Shown piece after piece: positions 58,081 through 64,000 of a stretch of DNA of 64,000 nucleotides. A program made the translations under genes and the position numbers. The DNA is from a virus: the IMG/VR virus record IMGVR_UViG_3300037843_000280, positions 1 to 64,000 of that record; one strand, 5' to 3'. Within the stretch, counting starts at the first letter, position 1, and every line of letters starts with the position of its first letter. The notes under the pieces were generated by a model. That model was not told the DNA's origin and ran no database searches. It saw nothing but the letters and a program-made list of their open reading frames with translations.

Positions 58081-59131
58081 GCGACTGCTCAAAGTCTTGA
58101 CGGCGCGGCACAACACCGGGCTTCTGCCCTCTCCGTAACGCTTCCTGCCGTTCCCTAACCTCAGCCTCGGTAAGGACTACGGTCGTTTCCGCCGTGATGC
58201 CGGGGGCTTGCACGCCTCTCTTCATCCTTGACTCCGCGACCGCCTTCTGCTTGGCTTCCGCCTCGGCCTGCATCTGCCCTGCCCACGTTTCCATCAGGCG
58301 TTCGTGCTTGTCGCCCTCGATCATGCCTTTCAATTCGCGCTGAAGGTCTTCCAGAGAGTCGCCGGGGTGCCCCCACCCGTCATTCACGTCCGCCTTCGGC
58401 TTAACCCTGACAAGCCGCGACCAAGGCTCTAAGGAGTCGGTCTCAAGCTGACGCCCCACCCTGCGGAGGTCGCCAGCGATGGGGTCGGCGCTCTTGCCCG
58501 CCCAGGGACGCACAATAAACAAGGCATTCATGTTTTCTTCCAAGCGTTTCTTGGCCTGTTCCCTGTACGTGCATAGGCTCGCCCATACCTTCGCGTGGGT
58601 GGGGGGAGCCATGATCTTGATCTCCTTGCCATCCGGCATGCCAACAACCTTCGTGTCGAACGACGCAAGCCTTTCGCCCTTGCTGTACCACAGCGACTCC
58701 GAGGACTGCGTCGTGACGTAGGCCGGAAGGAATGGGAAGAGCGAAATGTCGTACTCGCTCATTCTGCGCGTGACTTCGACCAGACTGCGGACCTCGAACG
58801 GTTGCAGCTTTTCTATCTCGTTCGCCGTTAGGGATGTGGCATGCTGAAGAAGAAGCGCGATGTAGTCGTTGGGTTCGCGCACCCAGCGCTTGAGCATCTT
58901 GCGCTCCTGCGGATGTAGTCCTCGCACCCAGCCAACTTGCACGCCTTCAATCAGCAACGGGCGTATGCGAGCGCCGATCTCGATCAGTTCCTCGCAGTTT
59001 TCGCTGATCTCCTGCCTAATCTTTTCCAGTTCTGCGGAAGTTGGGGCGTCCTTGATCCGGCCATCGTTAAGCTGGCGCATGATGTCCATACCGAGGGACG
59101 CCTCGCGTCCTCTAGTAAACCTAGTTGACAT
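58040..59131 (-). CDS. Hypothetical protein (363 aa; start trimmed to MSTRF)
   Basis: ORF track 58040..59191 trimmed to an ATG that overlaps the upstream TAG stop. Confidence 0.45.
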   Translation of the reverse strand: MSTRFTRGREASLGMDIMRQLNDGRIKDAPTSAELEKIRQEISENCEELIEIGARIRPLLIEGVQVGWVRGLHPQERKMLKRWVREPNDYIALLLQHATSLTANEIEKLQPFEVRSLVEVTRRMSEYDISLFPFLPAYVTTQSSESLWYSKGERLASFDTKVVGMPDGKEIKIMAPPTHAKVWASLCTYREQAKKRLEENMNALFIVRPWAGKSADPIAGDLRRVGRQLETDSLEPWSRLVRVKPKADVNDGWGHPGDSLEDLQRELKGMIEGDKHERLMETWAGQMQAEAEAKQKAVAESRMKRGVQAPGITAETTVVLTEAEVRERQEALRRGQKPGVVPRRQDFEQSPIDRQLEKIRKYR

Positions 59132-59657
59132 TCTTCTTTTTGCTCCCGATGACTCCCCCGACAGGTGGCGTGGCTCCGAACTTGTTTTCATCTGGCGTCG
59201 CTTTGGTTAGCCCGCGCATCTTGGAGTTTCTCAACATCTGGCGCTCGACTTCTTTCGTTTCCTCAAGTTCCTTGCTCCCGAATTTCTGCCTCATTTCCTC
59301 TTCGACCTTGTCCATGGTCTGGTCGCGCTTCTCCTCCTCTTCCTCAAAGAGCCTCGACACGTGATTAGGCTCTGGTGCCTTAAAAAGCCCTGTGGTGGTG
59401 AAGATTCGCGGCGGCGGGAACGAACCGCGATACACAATGAAAACGCGGTGGATGACAGATTCAGGCAGCGTCTTCATGACCTTGAGCGCGTCCTCCGGTG
59501 ATGTAACTTTTAGCCCGGAAACATCCGCGAGGGCATGCGCTAAAAGGGTGCAACGGCGGTCTTCCTTCTCGGGGAACTTGAGGGAAAGTTCCTCCCGCCA
59601 AGAAAGCTGGCGGAAGCGGAGAGTGTATTTGAGCAATTTGACTTCGACGGTTTCCAT
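59121..59657 (-). CDS. Hypothetical protein (178 aa); TAG stop with a second TAG 3 codons later
   Basis: ORF track. Confidence 0.5.
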   Translation of the reverse strand: METVEVKLLKYTLRFRQLSWREELSLKFPEKEDRRCTLLAHALADVSGLKVTSPEDALKVMKTLPESVIHRVFIVYRGSFPPPRIFTTTGLFKAPEPNHVSRLFEEEEEKRDQTMDKVEEEMRQKFGSKELEETKEVERQMLRNSKMRGLTKATPDENKFGATPPVGGVIGSKKKNVN

Positions 59658-59728
59658 GTCACTGAGAGGTTGCGTAGCCTATTCAAGAGGAAATACCGTC
59701 AAGTTGCCGCCAAGGGCGGTATTATTGG

Positions 59729-62719
59729 TTGTTCACCGTCTCCGGTCATTCCGGGCAGACGTTTCAGGACGGGGCGCGGACCTCTAGCCGCGCTCCCTGT
59801 CCACTAGAGGAAACTTTGATCCCTTCCGACAACTTGCAAGCTATAGAGATTCACAGCCATCTTTCCCGTCTTTTCAAGCTAGACGAATTGGTCGAATACC
59901 GCGCCCTGCTCTGGGGCGGGGGTGGACGGGGGCTTTACTTCACAGACTTGGAGCGCTTAGCGGTAGTCGTCGCCATGCTCGACCAAGACCCCCGAGTCCA
60001 GTCCAGTTATGTTGTCATTAACCCGTTGAAGGGACGCCTCATCCGCGAGCGCAAGCTAATAGTGAACCCGACCGATGAGCAGGTAGAGCAGGTCATCTCC
60101 GGTCCTGGCGGGCAGACTGCGCGTGACGAAGACATTGACATGCTGCGGTGGATGTTTGTTGACGTCGATACTATCCGCGTTCCGCACCTCAAGGAAACCG
60201 ACAAGGGGGAATTCGACCGCCTCCAGCACGAGTGCTCTACTAACGAGGAAAAGGCGAGAGCCAGGGTAGTGGCCCAGAAAGTGCTGAAGTTCCTCGAAGA
60301 AAAAGGATGGCCGCAGCCGATTCTTTGCGATTCGGGCAACGGATTCCACATCCTGTTCCGGGTAAATCTTCAGAACAACCCGACCAACGTCCACCACATC
60401 GCGGACTGCCTCAAGGCCTTGAAGGCGGAATTTGCAAGCGAACCTGACGCGGATATTGATGCCTCCGTGTACAATCCTGCCCGCCTCACTCGTGCCTACG
60501 GTTCTACCACGCGTAAGGGCACCGATATGCCCGAACGGCCGTACCGCCGAAACCGCATCTTCGAGATGAAACAGCCTGTCGGCGATGTCACACTTGACAT
60601 GATCTTGTTCCTCGCCACGGCATCCCCCGGCTACAGCAAGCACAATGACGGCGACCTGCCGGAGCTTGACCCGAGTTTCGACCCCAACGACTGGATCGAG
60701 CATTTCGTGAGACAACACGCTTTCTCCATCGAGGGTGAGAAGGAGTGGCAGGGCAACCCGATCTTGGCAACAGACTTCTGCCTTTTTGCCGGGCGTAAGC
60801 ACTCAGGCGACGAATATAAGTCCGGGTTTATCATCGGTGACACTTTCGGCTACAAGTGCTTTTCCGACGACTGCGAAGGCAAGACGATCAAGGACATTTA
60901 CAAATGGCTGCGGGAGGCCGTGAACGACGACGGCTCGCCGAGATTCATCCCCTATGACAAGCCAATCTACAAGACCGAGACCGTTGAAGAACTTCTCGAA
61001 ACTTTCGGGGCCGAGGACATAAGCCTCACTGACAAAGTTGAACCCACGCCCATTGATCCCTTAGAGCCGGAACCTATGGAACCCGATAAGGCTGATGGTA
61101 AAAAGAAGCGGCTTAAAATCGGAAGGATCAAGGATTTAGTAGGGTGGATGATAGGTGCCATCCTGCGCGACCCGGTGGGTGTACTCTCCAAATTCAGGCT
61201 GCTAAAATCGCATATTGATTTTTCGCTCAAAGAATTCGTTGAAATAGAAAACAGGCAGATATGGCTGATAGACAGCCCGATGCGGCAAGCGCTGACGTGC
61301 GTTCTCGCGTACTTCGAGGAACTGAACCTGCTGCCCAACAAGGGCGAGCTTTTGAACTGGATGGACGAATCCTCCTATGTCATAGCTCGAAAGGTGCGCA
61401 AGCTGGACGACTTTAGCGACATCCGGGCCTATATCACCGACCTCCAGGACGACCCTACCAAGGAGTTCGCTCCCATGGCGGCGGAGCTTGATCGTGCCAT
61501 AGAGCTTGTCTCGCAAAGACTCGTCACGAAGAGAGACCATGACAAATACTTGAAGACAGGGAGCGAGGAGGATGCACAGGCATTCAGGATCGCCCAGCGC
61601 AAGCACGCGCAGAAAAAGCTCTACAGCAGCGGTGACATCCTTCCCGGCCCCATCCAATTGATGACCGACAAACTCGACGAGGAGTTCCGCAAGTACTTTG
61701 ACGGCGCGAACGACGCCGAAAAATTCGAAACCGGATTCGCGGCAATCGACAACAACTCCCTGATCGGCCTCGGCCCGGGGCGCGAGCGGTTGATCTACAT
61801 ATACGGCGGCAACAGTAACTTCAAGACAACCATGCTGGTGACCATCGCTATTAACGCGGCTAAGAGGGGCAAGAACGGCCTCATCCTCATAGGCGAACAC
61901 GAAGCCCTGTCGATGATGCAGACACTTATTCTGATGCTCGGGCATTACGTGAAGGACAACCCTGAAATTGGTCAGCTTCCTTCCCGCACAGACTTGGAGA
62001 ACCGCAGGGTGACCGAGGAAGATTGGCGGCGCATCCGCAGGCTGCTCGACAAGGTCCACGACTACGAAATCTTGCCGGGGCACCTCGGCGTGCAAAACAT
62101 CAATGCCATCGCGCAGAACAACGAAGACAGGCTCGGCACGGTGGTGGACTACATCCACACGTTCAACGCAGACTATCCCTTGGATTTCGTCGTAATCGAC
62201 CCGCTCAGCCAACTCATGCCCCTCGGTGCCATGGGCAAAAAAGAGGGGTGGGGGTACGGCACTGAGTTGCTTATGGCTGTTCGAACCCTTAGCCACGAGT
62301 TCGAGGGGCGTGGTCAAGGTCTTATGGTCTTGATGGCAGCGCAGTTCGGGGTGGAGTACCAGCGCGAAGTCGAAAAGATGCAGGCAAAGAACGCAGCGGG
62401 AATGGATCAGCACGACGACAAGCTTATCGAGCTATTGTCGCAGCCCAGCAGGGTCGAGTTTTTCACCACAATATCCCACTTCTTCGATTTGGGGATCGGG
62501 ATCGTCACACGCGTCAAGAACGGCAGGGACGGGTACCTCGTGAAGGGCCGCGCCCGCTTCCTCAACACCTTTCAAAGCGTGTCCTTCACGGCCGACCCCG
62601 TGTCGAATGTCATCGTTGAGGGCAAGTATCCCACGGTTTCCGTGGGGGGGTCGTCCGCCCCGCCCGGCTCCAATCCCGGTAGACCGGAAGCCACCATGGG
62701 GGCTATCGACGAGCTATGA
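59729..62719 (+). CDS. Replicative primase-helicase: AEP-type primase-polymerase fused to a DnaB-like SF4 helicase (996 aa, TTG start)
   Basis: DIDMLRWMFVDVD and CDSGNGFHILFRV (prim-pol). GGNSNFKTT Walker A-like motif and VVIDPLSQLMP (DnaB H3-like). Confidence 0.65.
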   Translation: MFTVSGHSGQTFQDGARTSSRAPCPLEETLIPSDNLQAIEIHSHLSRLFKLDELVEYRALLWGGGGRGLYFTDLERLAVVVAMLDQDPRVQSSYVVINPLKGRLIRERKLIVNPTDEQVEQVISGPGGQTARDEDIDMLRWMFVDVDTIRVPHLKETDKGEFDRLQHECSTNEEKARARVVAQKVLKFLEEKGWPQPILCDSGNGFHILFRVNLQNNPTNVHHIADCLKALKAEFASEPDADIDASVYNPARLTRAYGSTTRKGTDMPERPYRRNRIFEMKQPVGDVTLDMILFLATASPGYSKHNDGDLPELDPSFDPNDWIEHFVRQHAFSIEGEKEWQGNPILATDFCLFAGRKHSGDEYKSGFIIGDTFGYKCFSDDCEGKTIKDIYKWLREAVNDDGSPRFIPYDKPIYKTETVEELLETFGAEDISLTDKVEPTPIDPLEPEPMEPDKADGKKKRLKIGRIKDLVGWMIGAILRDPVGVLSKFRLLKSHIDFSLKEFVEIENRQIWLIDSPMRQALTCVLAYFEELNLLPNKGELLNWMDESSYVIARKVRKLDDFSDIRAYITDLQDDPTKEFAPMAAELDRAIELVSQRLVTKRDHDKYLKTGSEEDAQAFRIAQRKHAQKKLYSSGDILPGPIQLMTDKLDEEFRKYFDGANDAEKFETGFAAIDNNSLIGLGPGRERLIYIYGGNSNFKTTMLVTIAINAAKRGKNGLILIGEHEALSMMQTLILMLGHYVKDNPEIGQLPSRTDLENRRVTEEDWRRIRRLLDKVHDYEILPGHLGVQNINAIAQNNEDRLGTVVDYIHTFNADYPLDFVVIDPLSQLMPLGAMGKKEGWGYGTELLMAVRTLSHEFEGRGQGLMVLMAAQFGVEYQREVEKMQAKNAAGMDQHDDKLIELLSQPSRVEFFTTISHFFDLGIGIVTRVKNGRDGYLVKGRARFLNTFQSVSFTADPVSNVIVEGKYPTVSVGGSSAPPGSNPGRPEATMGAIDEL

Positions 62720-63642
62720 GTCCAACCAAGCACAGGTCGGAGATCGAAAAGTTTAAGATGACAGGGTGGCATTGGTTCCCGTTCGATGTGGTGGACTGGC
62801 TGACCTGCGACGATATCATGAAGATGACATCGGCCGAGGAGGGCATCTACATCCGCCTTCTTTGTGTACAATGGCGGGATGGTTTCATCGCATCTCGTCC
62901 TGAACTCGCGGCGAAACAGTGCGGAAAGCGTCCTGAAATGCTCCGCAGATGGTTCGCAAAGTGGTCGCATCTCTTCCCTATCTCTTCCACAAACGCTGCA
63001 CATTTGGTGAACCCAAAACTTAATGAAATCGCATTAAAGAAGGGAAATCCTAAGGCTCAGGAGGGCACAGAGAAGAGAAGAGAAGAGAACAGGAAAGAAG
63101 AGGAAACAACAAGTAGCGCTGCTGCGCAGCGCGTGGGCGTCAAGGAGGAGGACGAGGCCGAAATTACTGCCCATACGACTGTAGTAAACAGCCCCAAGGT
63201 TAACATAGAAAAACCGTATGCCCAAGATGCTGATGACATCGACGCGAGCGCTGTCAGCCATGCGTTCATGGACGCTTTCGATTTGAAGATGCGCCCCGGA
63301 AAGCTCGGGTACAATTACGACGCCTGCAACATCGCCTTCGCGGAGTTTCTCAAGAGGCACGACCAAGGCGAAGCGCTCAAAGTCATCAAGGCATCCGGGC
63401 AGAACCCGCAGTACAGGCGCGGGGCGAAAAGCCTCAACCCGAGCAACCAACTTCCGTGGGACTGGTTCATCGAGAAGTACGAGGACATGAAGATCAAGAT
63501 GGAGGCCGACGAGGAATTCACGCAGAACGTGGCGAAGAAGGCTAAGGCGGCTGTGGGGGGGCATGCAGCCGTCAATCCAGAGCTTCACACCGGGCTTGAC
63601 GCACAGGGTAACAGTTGGGTGGAGGATAAAACCAAGCTATGA
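62716..63642 (+). CDS. DUF1376 (YdaU-like) replication-associated protein (308 aa)
   Basis: WFPFDVVDWLTCDDIMKMTSAEEGIYIRLLCVQW N-terminal motif. ATGA coupling to the primase-helicase gene. Confidence 0.5.
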   Translation: MSPTKHRSEIEKFKMTGWHWFPFDVVDWLTCDDIMKMTSAEEGIYIRLLCVQWRDGFIASRPELAAKQCGKRPEMLRRWFAKWSHLFPISSTNAAHLVNPKLNEIALKKGNPKAQEGTEKRREENRKEEETTSSAAAQRVGVKEEDEAEITAHTTVVNSPKVNIEKPYAQDADDIDASAVSHAFMDAFDLKMRPGKLGYNYDACNIAFAEFLKRHDQGEALKVIKASGQNPQYRRGAKSLNPSNQLPWDWFIEKYEDMKIKMEADEEFTQNVAKKAKAAVGGHAAVNPELHTGLDAQGNSWVEDKTKL

Positions 63643-64000
63643 CGAAAGAACAGTTTCTCGCAGAGCGTGTCGAACAGCAAAAACCGAAGTGTGTAATGTG
63701 TCACGGGTCGGGAACGGTGGATCACAACGCGTTCGGTGATACCAACATCAAGATAGCGTGCAGCCAATGTGCCGACTTCGAGTTTAGGCTCGATCTGTTC
63801 TGTCGGGGGTTCTTTAACCCGAAGTATGTGATGCCCCGCTACTGGGACGCGGTGTATCTCAACAGGTTACAGCCCAGCGAGAAGTCAAAGCTTGAACCTA
63901 AGAGTGGGTTGACCGGGTTAGAACGACAAGCGAGGCTCATCAACAAAATCGTATCGAACCCGGACCAAGGATTCGCGCTCTTTGGTCCACCGCAGATTGG
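63639..64000 (+). CDS. Partial DnaC-like AAA+ helicase loader with N-terminal Zn-ribbon; runs off the window end
   Basis: Own translation MTKEQFLAERV...CVMCHGSG...CSQC...FALFGPPQI (start of Walker A). ATGA overlap with its upstream neighbour. Confidence 0.45.
   Translation, partial: MTKEQFLAERVEQQKPKCVMCHGSGTVDHNAFGDTNIKIACSQCADFEFRLDLFCRGFFNPKYVMPRYWDAVYLNRLQPSEKSKLEPKSGLTGLERQARLINKIVSNPDQGFALFGPPQI

Noticed and set aside
59663-59729. Amber-gated start for the primase-helicase gene (in-frame TAG at 59675..59677, upstream of the TTG start)
   Set aside because: No start codon lies between the preceding TGA and the TAG, so unlike 3224..3628 there is nothing to initiate readthrough. The TTG start at 59729 stands.
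1-64000. Genome-wide TAG reassignment (code 15-like)
   Set aside because: Several genes clearly terminate at TAG with junk frames beyond it. ORFs of 1000-1800 codons are intact under the standard code. Only two in-frame TAGs were found.
1-64000. CRISPR array, integrase or attL/attR direct repeats
   Set aside because: No regular repeat-spacer structure, no tyrosine or serine recombinase motifs, and no duplicated tRNA 3' ends were found within the window.

Overview
The window is a ~64-kb slice of a high-GC tailed-phage or prophage genome, transcribed almost entirely from the minus strand. Features in left-to-right order:
- A partial SPFH/band-7 gene at the left edge, possibly host.
- Four abutting tRNA genes, three of which carry a CUA (amber-reading) anticodon.
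- A compact early region of small genes. Two of them are interrupted by in-frame TAG codons and would need those suppressor tRNAs. The region also holds a three-member family of ~55-aa paralogues, a 57-aa 7Fe-type ferredoxin and an orphan tRNA 3' fragment.
- A ~26-kb module of giant, repeat-rich fibre/tailspike-like proteins (up to 1806 aa). Three GIY-YIG and two HNH-like homing endonuclease genes are inserted into it.
- A plus-strand fibre-like gene, a DNA methyltransferase, a ParB-like nuclease and a Dam-like methyltransferase.
- A GH108 endolysin and a group of small secreted or membrane proteins.
- A second late module: a putative tail chaperone, a 1038-aa tape-measure-like protein, two SLT-domain proteins and baseplate-like proteins.
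- A plus-strand replication module: an AEP primase-polymerase fused to a DnaB-like helicase, a DUF1376 protein and a partial DnaC-like loader.
- Two copies of a 62-nt promoter/RBS cassette, each driving a small membrane protein gene antisense to the late operons.

The most unusual signal is phage-encoded amber suppressor tRNAs combined with amber-gated early genes. TAG still terminates several other genes, so this looks like programmed partial readthrough rather than genome-wide recoding.

Functions were inferred from motifs read by eye, and coordinates may be off by 1-2 nt in places.
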